A DNA stretch of 64,000 bases. Source: the human T2T-CHM13v2.0 reference genome, Homo sapiens. The stretch lies in assembly GCF_009914755.1 (NCBI RefSeq), contig NC_060947.1. The stretch is one strand, 5' to 3'. The notes beneath the pieces were generated by a model that was not told the origin of the DNA, did not search any database, and worked only from the letters and a program-made list of their open reading frames with translations. Both the position numbers and the translations under genes were made by a program. The first letter of the stretch is position 1. The number at the start of each line of letters is the position of its first letter. Shown here piece after piece: positions 1 to 14,757 of the stretch.

Positions 1-218
1 AAAGATGTCACTGATTTTAAGACTTAACACTATTTTTCATACTGCCAAGAAAGAAAACACTACCAGTTATAAATGTAAATTGCCATCAATTGTAATACAT
101 CAATTTTAGAGCTATTATTAATAAAATGTGAATGTGCATCTTAGAGCAATGAAATATAGTACTATATATTTGATGACCTTTTCTGCCCTGTGATATTCAG
201 AAAGTGAAAGTTAAATAT

Positions 219-1060
<842 letters not shown>

Positions 1061-1609
1061 TAGTGATTTTTTTATTTTTATTTTTATTTTATTTTATTTT
1101 ATTTTTTTACCAAAAAAACAACAAAGCCTCAGGAGGAAAAGTTGATACACAAGTAAATTTTATTGGAAATGTTTTTGTGTGGACCTTAAGCAGAGGGAAA
1201 ATTAGTCTGCATTATGGTGTATCCAGACTAAATGACTGATATTAAAATGAAATTATTCTTAGGATTTGCAATCTTAGAGAAAACTTTTTCATTTTTATTT
1301 TTTTGAGTTACAAATTATCTTCATTTACATTTGAGAACAGTGAGTCACAGAGGGATTAAGTAACTTACTCAAGATCATACAAGTCTTTGATTTGAACCCA
1401 ATCTTTTAACTCTGCAGAACTCAGAGTCACTCTTATTTGGAAAAACTTTTTAACTGATGTGGATCCTCTAATATGGGCTTCCTATTATTCATTCTCTATT
1501 AGTCAGAAGTTTTGCAAGCAGACAGAATTCATTTTGCCAATTACGGGATTTTCCCTCAGTTGCAGTCAAGGTTCATAAAACTATAACTCTTTATCTTTAA
1601 TTAGAAATG

Positions 1610-1905
1610 TTTTTTTTTTTTTGAGACAAGGTCTTGCTCTGTTGCCCAGACTGGAATGCAGTGGCATAGTGGCCCATTGCAGCTTTGAACTCCTGGGCTC
1701 AAGGGATCCTCTGCCTCAGCCTCCCAAGTATCTGAGACTACAAGTGCGTGCCATCACCCATGGCTATTTTAAAAAAAAAAAAAAATTGTAGAGATAGGGT
1801 CTTGCTGTGTTGCCCAGGCTGGTCTCAAACTCCTGGTCTCAAGCAATCCTTCTGCCTTGGTCTCCCAAAGTGCTGAGATTACAGGTGTCAGCCGTTGCAC
1901 CTGGC
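1610..1905 (-). mobile_element. AluJ-like
   Basis: Alu consensus motifs. Confidence 0.9.
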
Positions 1906-1924
1906 CAAAACGATAACTTAAAAT

Positions 1925-1988
1925 ACACACACACACACACACACACAAACACATATGTGTATTTGTGTGTGTGTGTGTGTGTGTGTGT
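1925..1988. repeat. (AC)11 ... (TG)12 inverted dinucleotide microsatellite
   Basis: Seen directly. Confidence 0.95.
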
Positions 1989-2129
1989 CTCAAAAGGTAT
2001 CAAAAGAGAATAGCTATAACTTTAGTGTTGATCTTGATAGTGACTTGATTAGGCTCTGTTTAACATCAAAGATGCAAATTAATACTTTCTTTGAACATAT
2101 TAAAAATGCAGAAAATATTGGAGTATTTT

Positions 2130-2440
2130 ATTTTAAATAAATTGTATTCTGTATATTTAAGGTATACAACATGATGTTATGGGATACATATAGGTGGTTA
2201 AAAGATTACTGCAGTGAAGCAAATTAACGTATCCCTCAACTCACATAGTTACCCATTTTTTTTTTGTTTTGGTGGCAAGAGGAGCTTAAAATCTCATTTA
2301 GTGTGAATCCCAAATACAGCACAATTTTATTACCTATATACTTCATGTTGTACATTATATTTCTAGACTTGTTCATCCTACATATCTGCTACTTTGTATC
2401 CTCTGAGCTACATCTCCCCATTTTCTCACTTGCCCCCCAA
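2130..2440 (-). mobile_element. L1MA-like 3' end fragment
   Basis: Typical L1M 3' UTR motifs. Confidence 0.6.
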
Positions 2441-2663
2441 GTAGTTTCTTAAAGTGTCTCATGTAAGAGGGCAGTAGCTTTCAGCTTAAACTTTTTCTCT
2501 GTATGTAGTCGATTTCTTTGAGGTATACTTTTCTCTCCAGAATAGTTAGATGTAGGTATACCACTTTGATGTTGACACTAGTTTACCTAGAACTTATCTT
2601 CTGTAAATCTGTCTCTATTTCCATCTCTGTCTCCATCTTTGTCTCTATCTCTATCTGTCTATC

Positions 2664-2719
<56 letters not shown>
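2664..2719 (+). repeat. HPRTB (HUMHPRTB) forensic tetranucleotide STR; 14 TCTA = 13 ATCT/AGAT units
   Basis: Perfect repeat in HPRT1 intron 3, between the recalled primer sites CTCTCCAGAATAGTTAGATGTAGG (from 2533) and GGGGATGTGTATTATCTGTGGCAT (to 2819). Confidence 0.93.
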
Positions 2720-3199
2720 AAGCAAATTCATGCCCTTCTCCTATTTATTGAATCGAGACCATAGACAGGGGTGAGAGAAAGAATTTGGCAGGAATGGGGA
2801 TGTGTATTATCTGTGGCATAAGGAAACTTTACAGAACTAGGTTCAAAAGTATACTTTCTAGTTCTTTCCCATGGCTTTTCACTTTGATGTAGTCCTTATC
2901 AGGTAACTGAGGTTTTATATAAGTCCCCTGATTCTTAGAACATGAAGGTGTAGTAGTCAAGGTTGGTCCCTTGAAACCACAAATTTTGTGAAAAAAAATT
3001 AAGAAAATTGAATAATTTCCTCAGCAAATACATATTGATCATCTGTTATACAGCCATGAGAAGTGGTTCTGTTGCACACGTTTATTTTATCAGATCCTAA
3101 TCCCAAACCAGGCATAAAATGGAAACCATGAAGATAGGATGAAATAACTTCTGAATGTTTGAATGTTTGAAAATAGTGTACTTAAAAATACCAGGTGGT

Positions 3200-3528
<329 letters not shown>

Positions 3529-3604
3529 TAAGTATCAGCACTTACTCTTCAATCTTTTCTATTACTATGTTGTGCTAAATGGTATTTTTTATTTAATTAG
3601 AGCA

Positions 3605-3780
3605 ATGCTGTTCAATAGAACTTTCTTTGAGGATGGAAATCTTTTATGTTTCTGCTATGTGGTACAGAGCCACTAGTGACATGTGGCTTTTGAGCGCTTG
3701 ACACATCTTGTGCAACACAGGAACTGAATTTTTAAGTAATTTATATTGCCACATGTGGCTACCGTATGGGACAGTGTAGT
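3605..3780. mobile_element. MER3-like hAT-Charlie element
   Basis: GCTGTTCAATAGAACTTTC...GCCACATGTGGCTA motifs. Confidence 0.65.
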
Positions 3781-5759
3781 ACTAGATGATCTGTAAGGGC
3801 TGTGCTTCATCAGTGTCGTTTTTTAACTGACAAAAACCTTTAGTTTTTTTTTTAGTAATGTGTTTATTTAAAAGAATTCATAAAATACAAGTAAACAAAT
3901 TAACTTGTTACCTGAGCATATGTCCTTTCATACTTACTTTTTCTGCATACATATTTTGGAAAATGGAATATCTGCCCTTTTTTTTTATCTGAGATACAGT
4001 CTACCTCTAAAAATACATGATTCTAACATTCTCACTTTTGTTGGCATTTGATCAGGGTATAGAAAAACAGTTAAAAGGACAGAGAATGGTTGAGAGATTA
4101 TGATATGAAGAGAAAATGTGATTGAGTGTGGTAGACTTGGGGCCTGCTTGAATGTTGAGAGAATGACTGTTTTCCGATAAAAAAAAAAAGTCCATTCTAG
4201 GATCCTAAAAGAAGGGTCTGAAGTTCACTGCAGAAAGCAAGCTACATAGTACTAAGCCACTAAGGGGACATGGAGCCCTTAGTAATTCCTACCTTAGTAA
4301 TAGTCTCATCATGCCCTCTTGGGAACCCAGCCTTGTTGATTAGCCTCTCTGCTTTCTCTCCTTATAGTTCAACCTCCCTGTTTGTTCCAAGCAGTTCTTT
4401 TCCTGCCCATTTATTATGCATTTCTATACAGCTTTCCTCCTCTTTTTCTATACCATGCTGCAGTTCTTATTGCTACCTAGAGGTTTTCAAAATTCCTAGG
4501 GGCGGATAAGTAGGCATAAACAAAGTTCTTCCCTATTATCCTTCCTATTTTTTCACCTAGACTGAAGAGGTAGACAAAATAGAAATAAAGACATTAAGGG
4601 TATGTGTTTGTAGTCCCAAAGAGCTTCTCTGGCAATTTTATGTAGTTGACAGTGACGCTCTGAGTTCAGGACAGATTGGACTCCTTGGCTGAGAGGAGTG
4701 AGGAGATAGGACGGTAGAGGAGAGGGTAGAGCAACTCTGGAGGAAGCTTTCCCCTCACCTTTGCCAGTCCTGTTATCCTAGACTTAACCATAATTAAAGA
4801 TGAGGGAGGCACTCAGTAAAGGGATCTAGTGGGAAGCTTGTTCCAGACAGCCAAGGAGGGAGGTTCGCGCAGTTCCTTTGGCCACCCAGGTGGGGTAATT
4901 GATCCATGTATGCCATTCATGTACAATGTAGGCACTTATACCTGTATTCCAATGTAGTGAACTATACCATTACTCTTAAATTAATATTCTTTATTAGCTT
5001 CCATGGTGGCTATAGGCCAGGCAAGAGAGTTAAGAAAAAATAAATAGCCAGGTATGGTGACTCAAGCCTGTAATCTCGGCACTTTAGGAGGCCGAGGCAG
5101 GAGGATCGCTTGAGTCCAGGAGTTCAAGACCAGCCTGAGCAAAATAGTGAGATCCTGTCTCTATTTTTTAAAAAAGCCTTGGGGCAAACAGGAGTATGGA
5201 GGTTTGGATGCTAATAGAACAGCAGTGTCTTACTGCTTGGAGTTCTCTTGTTTCTTGTCCTATCACCGTAGCCTTTGGATCACAGCAATTTTTCCATGAC
5301 TCCATACTTTTCAGTTCTTGAATATTTTTTCCTTTATTCCTCTTGTCTCTGTAAAGACATCAACTGGAGTTGGACTGTAATACCAGGTATCTCCAGAAGA
5401 TGGCACTATTTAACAGATTTTATAAATAATTTGATGTGAGTCACTGTCATCTGAAGCTTGTTGCCTTTTCTTTCTTTCTTCTTTCTTTTTTTTCCCCATC
5501 AATTCTGTATGTTTGAAATGCTGGGTTTTAAGTTAGTTAGAATAAGGGATGTCTGTAATTTCCCTAAATTGAGAAGTAATATGCAAAGGTTGATATCAGA
5601 AGTCATATGCTCACCTTGCAACACCAAATAATACTGGCCCATTTGTGATTTTTGAAAGTAACACTCCATAATAAATGGATGTATATATAGAAGCATAACA
5701 AAAATAGAAGCACATAAAAGTGAAAAGTCTCATAAACGCCATTGTCACTACTCATGTAA

Positions 5760-7030
5760 TTGCTGTTACAAATTTGTTTAAATGTTGAATAAAAATGGTG
5801 TCATAGGCAACACAGTGTTCCACTACTTGGTGTTTTTAATAGCATTATTCTGTCTCAGTGTGCTTTGGATTATCAGGTGCTTTTTAATAGTTGCATGGTA
5901 TTACATTGTGTAGATGAACTTGATTAATTTAAATGGTTCCCTGTTAATGGACATGTTGGTTTGTTTTTGTGAACAACTGATACAGTGAACATTTATTTTT
6001 TAAATAAAAAAAAGAGAGACAGGGTCTTGCTGTGTTTCTCGGGCTGGCCTTGAACTCCTGGGGTCAAGCGATCGTCTTGCCTCTGCCTCCCTGGGATTAC
6101 AGGCATGAAGCCACCGCACCCGGCCCAGTGAACACTCTTGAATGTATCTTTGTATACTTGTCAGTGTTTTTGTAGCATTGATTCCCAGAAGTGGGATTAC
6201 TGGATTAAGTGACATGCATGTTTGCAATTTTAACAGGTATTGCTATGTCATTTTCAAAAGAAGCTATGCCAATTAATACTCTCACCAACAAGAGTGCTTA
6301 TTTCCCCTCAGCATATTATCAGGCTTAAGTTTTGCCAGTATGGGTGGGAGAACAGTAGAATCACATTGTTTTAGTGTTTGTTTCTCAGATAGATATAATT
6401 TTACACCTTATAACCTTCTCTTCTATAAATTGTCTATTTGTGTTCATTCTCCATTTTCCTATGGGTTCTTATTGTTGGAGCCCAATATATAAAAGGGGGT
6501 ATTTGTTACAGAACCTCTTCAGTTTTGGTTCATGTCATGCCTGGGTTTTTACCCTTTCTACGGATGTTAAAAAAAATTCTCTATTTTCTTCCAGTCCACT
6601 TATGGCTTTATTTTTTACATTTAGATTTTAATCCGTCTGGAATTTATTTTTGTGTATGCTGTGAGGTAGGGACCATACTTTTATTTTTTCCCAAATGGGT
6701 TACTAGTTGGCCAAACATCATTTATTGAATAATTCATCTTTTCCCTACTGACTCGAAATACCATCTTTATTGTATACTAAATCCTCATATAGTTCTGGGT
6801 CTGTTTCTGGGCTCTACTTTGTTCATTTACTGTGCTGGTACTGCACCGTTGTAATTGCTGTGGCTTTGTGGTATGGTATGGCTTGCTCTCTGCTAGGGCA
6901 AGTCGAAGCTCTTTTGTTCACCTGCTCTTTCACCCAAATTTTCTGTCCTGAATCCAGCACAGCCAAATTATGGTCATTGTCACCACCAACTACAGTGGGT
7001 GTTGAGCATTTCCCATTGAATCTCCTGTAA
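5760..7030 (-). mobile_element. Ancient L1M ORF2/3' fragment with a FLAM insert
   Basis: Degenerate L1 antisense motifs; ORF 6000..6227(-) begins with L1 ORF2 C-terminal-like NPVIPLLGI. Confidence 0.55.
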
Positions 7031-7623
7031 GGGTTTTATTGGATTCTGTGATAGCAGTAAAATGGGAGCCTAAGAGGTATTCCTTAAAGGACTACTAATC
7101 AGACCTGGTTTCCCAGATGATGCTGAAGATGACGGGGCCTGGGCTAGACTTTTGAGGGACATATCCTTGGGGTTGGGTGTGATATAGACCAGCCCTTACA
7201 ATTTGCTTGACTCATGGGAATCGTACAGGGCCAGAACCAGACACCTGTCATGCTAATAACTTCCCTCACAATTCAGAAATCACTGTGATTGAAGATGGGT
7301 GGCTGTTATAATACTACCCACTTAAAAATGGATGTAACCCATTTTTTAGGACTCTTAAAAACATCAAATCAGTAATGGCCGATTAGGACTTTTTAATTTT
7401 TACTAATCTCTACTTGAAAGTTTTCTAGTCATTCATTTCAGGAAACCTAATTCTTATAATTCATATCATTTAGAATATCATAATGCTATGGATATTAGCT
7501 AGCTAACTTCTCAAATCTTCTAGTTCTCATTTAATTTGAAGTTTGTGTGTGTACATAAGGATATACATATACATATGTGTGTGTAGATATATATATATAT
7601 AGTTTTTTTTTTTTTTTAACTAG

Positions 7624-7773
<150 letters not shown>

Positions 7774-9294
7774 TAATTTACATAGTATAACTAAATGGGT
7801 TATTTAACCCTTGGAAGCAGTCTAGGTTAATTATCGTTCCCTAGGTCATGTAGTAAAAAGACAGTAGAATCCAACATTAACCTTAAATGTCCATATTGTC
7901 AAGTACTGCTGTCTGCCTCTGTGGGACTCTAATTTGGGATCCTTCAAAAAACATTGATGGGGGAAAAGATAGCCTTTAAAAAAAAAAAAAAAACAAACCT
8001 ATGTGAGTCTATGTGAGGTAGACTCACATAGTTTCCTAAAAGATAGCAAAGCAGTATTATGTAGTGGCTGAAAGTGTGAGTTCCGGAGCCTGACAACTGA
8101 TTCAAAGCATGGCTTAGTACTTCCTAACTCTGACCTTGGGCAAGTTACTTAACCTCTCTGTGTCCCATATGTGATTAGGGTGAGGTTGATAATAGCAGCC
8201 ATAGAGTTAAGAGGATTAAGTGCTATAATGCAAGTAGAGCTCTTACAACAGTTTCTGGTAAATCACTCAATAAATTCAGACATACTATTATTTTAAGAAA
8301 TCTCAAAGAGTTTTCTTGTACCTTAAAATTCTCCTAGTGTGAACCATTGGTTTTGGTATATTGTGCTTCCATGTAGTTTAATATCAAGATGTTTTTAGAT
8401 TTCCCTTTTAATTTATTTGTTGACCCATTGGTTGTTCAGGAGCATGCTGTTTACCTGAAAATAATGGAGATATTAAGGTATTTGAATATTTATCTTCTAG
8501 TACATTGAAAAACTTTTTGAGAGTAACCAATAATAAATGATGGAATGCTACTGCTTTTTTTTTTTTGAAGCTGCCAGTTATTGTTTACTTACACTATGCC
8601 AAATATAAAGGCATTAATCTCATAAAAGTTTCACAACAATCCTGTGAGGGAGACGATATCCCCATTTTACAAATCAGGAAATTAAGACTTAATAAGGTTA
8701 AAAGACTTGCCCAAAGTCACAGAACCAGTAAGTGGTAGAGCTTGAATTTGAATACAGACCTGACTCTAAAGCTCTTTTCTTTCTTTAGATTTTAGTGTTC
8801 ATTGCTTACTTGAATGAGTATCTATAAGAAAACTTTAACATGTAAAACTTCTGTGAAATTATCTTGTCCCATATCAGGGTCATGTCAAACTAATGTCCTC
8901 CTCAGCATCTTTGGAAAACTTCAGAGGAGAAATGAGCTTTGCCCCTCCTGTTCATTTCATATACCACTGTTAGACCTGTCCTTCCCTTTCAGCATGCTTT
9001 GTCCATATTTAGAAGCTGTTGAAGCCATTACTTGTCTGGTCAGTTTTTAGTGCTGGAATGGACCTAGCCTTTTAGGCCTTCTGAGATTTAGTTTGATCTC
9101 GTCTTTCCCACCTAATGGCTCTGTTCTACTACATAGATTTGATCTGAAACAGTTCTCTGTTTCTAAAATAACTTTCTTTTCATGATAGTCACAGTAAAGT
9201 ACATTTATTATGGAAAAATCAATAAGTATAACGAGTGAAAGTTATTTCTTGGTGGTAAGATTATGGGATTATTTGAACTTTCTGTTTCATTGTA

Positions 9295-9595
9295 TTTTAT
9301 TTATTTATTTATTTTTGTGATGGAGTCTCACTCTGCTGCCCAGGCTGGAGTGCAGTAGTACGATCTTGGCTCACTGCAACCTCCCCTTCCCAGTTCAAGT
9401 GATTCTCCTGCCTCAGACTCCCAAGTAGCTGGGATTACAGGCGCACGCCACCATGCCTGGCTAATTTTTTTATCTTTAGTAGAGACAGGGTTTCACCATG
9501 TTGACCAGGCTGATCTCCAACTCCTGATCTCAGGTATCCACCTGCCTCAGCCTCCCAAAGTACCGGGATTACGGGTGTGAGCCACCCTGCCTGGC
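9295..9595 (-). mobile_element. AluS-like
   Basis: Alu consensus motifs. Confidence 0.92.
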
Positions 9596-11347
9596 CTCAT
9601 TTTGTCTTTTGGGGGTATTTTTGTGTGCAGATATATATGTATATAAATATTTTTCCCTCTTTTCCCCAGTTAGTATTTGAGCAGATGAACTTTGGACCCG
9701 AATACCTGTATTCAAGTCTCTAATACCACTTCTTGGCTATTTTCATTTTATCAAATGGCCTCTTATCCTCGTTTTTCTCATTTATTAAGTAGAGATGTAA
9801 CTACTTGATATAATTCAAAAACTCAATAATGGCATTCTTTTGTTTTTTAGACTCTAGTGTCTGTACTCCTTGTACCATGCTGGGATTCATTTGAACAATT
9901 GCATGGCTTTTTTAGTGTATTATTAAATTTGCAGTTTACTTAGAATTTACTGGGACCTCATACAAATGGGAAAAAAACATAACTGTGTTACTCATTTGCT
10001 GTGTGCCTTTGGATTGACCCTATTTTTTGTATTCATTTTCTCCCCATGTCCTGAGTTCCACTTTGAATAAAAAGTAATTTTTTTCCTGCCTGTAAAATAG
10101 GCTACCAATAGGCTGCAGTTGTCTATAGTAGCTGCTTCACTGAGGAGAGCTCAGCATGAGAGAAATAGTATGAATTGCTTGCCACAAGTTATGGGCTAGC
10201 CTTACTTCATTCTGTACTTGGACCTGTTTAGGCTTCTAAGAGATCTTACCTCCAACAATAAACTGCTTTGAGACATGAAAAGGTGGAAGCTTTACTTGGT
10301 TATAACTTTACTTTTAATACCTAGAACAGTGAGTCTTCAAACTTGTATTTGCATGCCCAATTTATAAAAAGTTTCCTGAGCATTTACCCCTAATATATGC
10401 ATTTTAAATTATATATGATTTATGGTAATAATAATATATATGTTACAAAATACATACAAAAATATAGATTAAACAAGGTGAGGTAAAAAATTTAAAAGTT
10501 CTAATCTTTCTTGCAAACCAGTGGATCTTTTGTGCCTTACTCTGGTAAACACTGTCTTAGAAGAATATATAGAACATTAAAATCTTAATGCTATAGTTAT
10601 ATGACAGAGTATGATGAGAGCTACAGATAAACAACACATCATGAATCTTCTTGTGGCAGTGTTTATAACCATTATGTGAAATGCTGCCTCATTCTTATAA
10701 CTAGCATAAGAACAGATAGGACTTTCTCGATTTTGAGGGGTAATTATTAGATGGTATTTTCTGTTAAGGACTCTTCCAGCTATAAAATTCTTAAATGTAG
10801 AAAGCGAAGTGAGGGTTTATGGTGAGAGGAAGCATTGGTATCATGTTTTAGTGTAGTCCAAGAATATGGACACATCCAGAAAATGCAGATCAAGTTTAGC
10901 CTAATGAGAAAATATATTTTGGAGTCCATATGGTAAATTAAATTATGTGATTTTTGAGTTATTGTACAAATATAATTCTTAGAATGTTAGAGTCAGGAGA
11001 CTATAAGAGACCAACTGCTTCAAGTTTCATTTAACACATGGGAAACTAAGGCCAGAGAAATTTCAAGACTTGCCCAAGATTAGACCTCTTGTTAAGTAAT
11101 GAAAGTGTTTTAAAAACAGGTGGGTCAAATTCTGTTTTTAAAATTTCCATTATGATGAAAATTTCAGTATTACAGGCTTCCAAATCCCAGCAGATGGGCC
11201 ACTTGTTTAAAGGAGAGTTTGATATAATAAAGCATCTAAAAACAAGAGTTTGGATAATTCCTTAGGGTTGTTATGATGTGATTTGACTTATAATTGGAAA
11301 TACCGTTTTATTCATTGTACTGATTTTCATTTCTCTTTTTCTTCTAG

Positions 11348-11365
11348 AATGTCTTGATTGTGGAA
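11348..11365 (+). CDS. HPRT1: HPRT1 exon 5 (18-nt microexon; NVLIVE)
   Basis: ttcttctag|AATGTCTTGATTGTGGAA|gtaagt; first half of the PRPP-binding motif [13 protein letters not shown]. Confidence 0.99.
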
Positions 11366-11852
11366 GTAAGTTCACATTTACTTTTAATATAACATTTATG
11401 ACTTTTCTAACTTAGTATGCACCATCCTAAAGGTAAGCCAGGGAGAGAAATTCCTCTGCATCAGTTTTAATGGTGGGCTTGTGTTCTAAAGGAGTGAGAT
11501 TGGTTTTTTGTAAAGACTACTTAGTAATTTGTTTTTACCAATAATGGAATGGTATACTTCCTACCTCTCTTTTTTTAGTTTGAAGTATTTTCTTTCTAAA
11601 CATAACTCTCTCTCTCTATTTATCTATATATAATATATACATATATATCTTATATTTTATGTATATATATATATCTTGCTTAGATTTTGTCTTATGTAAT
11701 ATTTGGTACATAAAAAATAATATTTATAATTTATAGACTATTTTCCATGTGTTATTATGTGCTAAAGTATTTTGTATCTTAGCACCGAGAGGCTAAGCAG
11801 TTTCCTAGGGTTACCAGCTAGTAAACTAAGGGAAACCTTTACTTCCTTTAGC

Positions 11853-11997
11853 TCAGTGGTTCTCAAAATGTGGTTCCCTAGACCAAAAGTATTAATATCA
11901 GACAAGAACCTACCGAATCAAAATATCTGTGATGAGGCCCAGCAAGCTATGCTTTAACAAGTTTCCGAGTGATTCTGATGCATGCTAAGGTTTAGGA
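11853..11997. mobile_element. MER5A-like element
   Basis: CAGTGGTTCTCAAAATGTGG...GTGATTCTGATGCA. Confidence 0.7.
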
Positions 11998-12542
11998 TCC
12001 CTTGTTTTTACTCATAAGTCACTTTCTCATTAAGGCCTTCCCTGGCCATCCTATATAAAATCTCATGTTTTCACACCGTCAACTTCGTATTCCTCCTCAA
12101 TACTTTTATTTTCCTGATCACTTATCACTAACAGCCTCTCTCTCTCTCTCTCTCTCTCTCTATGTATATATATATATATATATCACTTATCACTGTCTAA
12201 CAGCCTCTCTTTATATATATATAATCTATAGATTATATATATATGCAGCATTGTGCAATCATTATCACGCTCAATTTTAAAACATTTTCATTGCCCCACA
12301 AAGAAACCCAATCCCCTTAGCCATCACTCCCCATTTCCCCTTCCCCCAGCACCTAGCAAACTGATCATCTACCTACTTGCTGTCTATAAGATTTGCCTAT
12401 TCTGGACATTTTGTATAAATAGAATCATACAATATGTGGCCTTTTGTATCTGGCTTCTCTCACTTAATGTTTTCAAGGTTCATTCATGTTGTGGAGTATA
12501 TCTGCACTCATTTCCTTTTTATTGCCAAATTGTATGGATAGA

Positions 12543-12683
12543 CAGGTGTTCCTCAACTGTGTCCTGATAAACCCATCTGAAGTTGAAAATATCATAAGTT
12601 GAAAATGGATTTACTACTTTGATAAATCTATCCTAAAGTCAGAAAAATCTCATGTTGAACCATCGTAAGTTGGATACCATCTG
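12543..12683. mobile_element. TcMar-Tigger MITE (MER47-like) inside an old L1 3' end
   Basis: GATAAACCCATC...AAGTTGAAAATATC...AACCATCGTAAGT motifs; CAG/CTG termini. Confidence 0.6.
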
Positions 12684-12889
12684 AATTACATTTTTGTTAT
12701 CCATTCACTGGTTGACAGACGTTAGGTTGTTTCCACTGTTTGCTCCTTATTTCTCGTACCTGAAATGTCCTTATTCCCTCCCTTCTTATCCCATGTTTAA
12801 GTCATTTAAGACCCAGCTCAAACGTCACCTCCACAAAACCTTCCTTGATACCCCTTTCCTCTTCAATTCACTTGGACCTTTTGCATTTA

Positions 12890-13350
<461 letters not shown>

Positions 13351-13599
13351 TGCATTTCATTTTAATTATAAAATATTTTGAACTCAGAAAAAAGGGTATG
13401 CTGAATACCTACGTACCCACAAAAGTATTAACATTTTGCCATATTTGCTTCTGATCTTATTTTTTTTGAGAAATTAAAGATCATAATACAACTAAAGCCC
13501 CATTTCTTTCCCTTCATTCCCAGAAGTATGACAATTATCCTTAAAGTTGATATATATCATTCCCATGCATGTTTTTTATACTTCCCTAGTACAAGTTAG

Positions 13600-14045
13600 C
13601 TGTATCCTCTGCTCAGGGGCTCATCAAGCTGAATCAAGGGACTCATGATCCTCTTCAAAGTTCCTTCAGGTTGTTGGCAGAATTTAGTTCCTTGTGATTG
13701 TAGGACTGAGGGCCCGTTTTCTCACTGGCTGCTGGCCAGGGGTTGCTCCCAGATATTTAAAGGCTCATGCCCTAGCCCATGACAGTCTCACAACATGGCA
13801 GCTGACTTCTTCAAAACCAGCAGGAGAATCTTGCTCTAGTCTACCACATAACCTAATCACAGGAGCGGCTATCCCGTTATTTTCACAGATCCTGGTCACA
13901 TTCAAGGGGAGGGAACCCTTCTGTGTGTGTACACCAGGAGGCAGGAATTTTTTTTTTCTTTTTCTTTTTTGTTAAAAAGTCTTAAAGTCTTTTATCCCTA
14001 AAGGAGGCAGGAATTTTGAGAGCCATCAGAATTCTGCCTACCACA
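13600..14045 (-). mobile_element. MLT1 (MaLR) LTR
   Basis: GTTGTTGGCAGAATTTAGTTCCTTG...GAATTCTGCCTACCACA terminus. Confidence 0.7.
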
Positions 14046-14664
14046 GCCCAGAAATCTGCATTTTTCACAAGTCTCCAGCCATGATGTTTCTGATGGCTCA
14101 CACTGCTTTATTCCATTTTTAAAGAGTATTTTTATTGAAAAGCATTAGGGTTATGGTTTAAAAAATATTTTCCCTAACAAAGATGGGTTTGTTTAGAGTC
14201 CTACTTTTGACTAAATAGCTGAGATTCACTTTTATGTAAAGTCATTTTATAGCGTTATTAATTTGGGTGCCTTTAAAAATAGTATAAAGCATGTTTCTCG
14301 AGTGTAGTCTGTTAGCCACCTATATTGGAGAGTTGGGAGGAGAGAGTCTCTATCTTGAATTTATGGGAAAAATTCTAAAATACTTTTTATAATGAAGGAC
14401 AACATCATAACTCCCTAATAAAATGTGCATGTATATATTCAAATTTGCTGTCATTGATCCTGCACCTACAAAATCCAGTCCTGGGGGCTGGCATTCTTAC
14501 TGCTTGCTGAGGGCCAGATGATATAGATTCCAGAATATCTCCATGTAGATTTTGGTGAGAATTACTGTGCTGAAAAGAATGACAGTATTGCAGTTATACA
14601 TGGGGGTTTTGGTACTTTATATTGTGACTCTGAATTTAAAGCTATGCAATGTCTTCTTTTTTGA

Positions 14665-14757
<93 letters not shown>

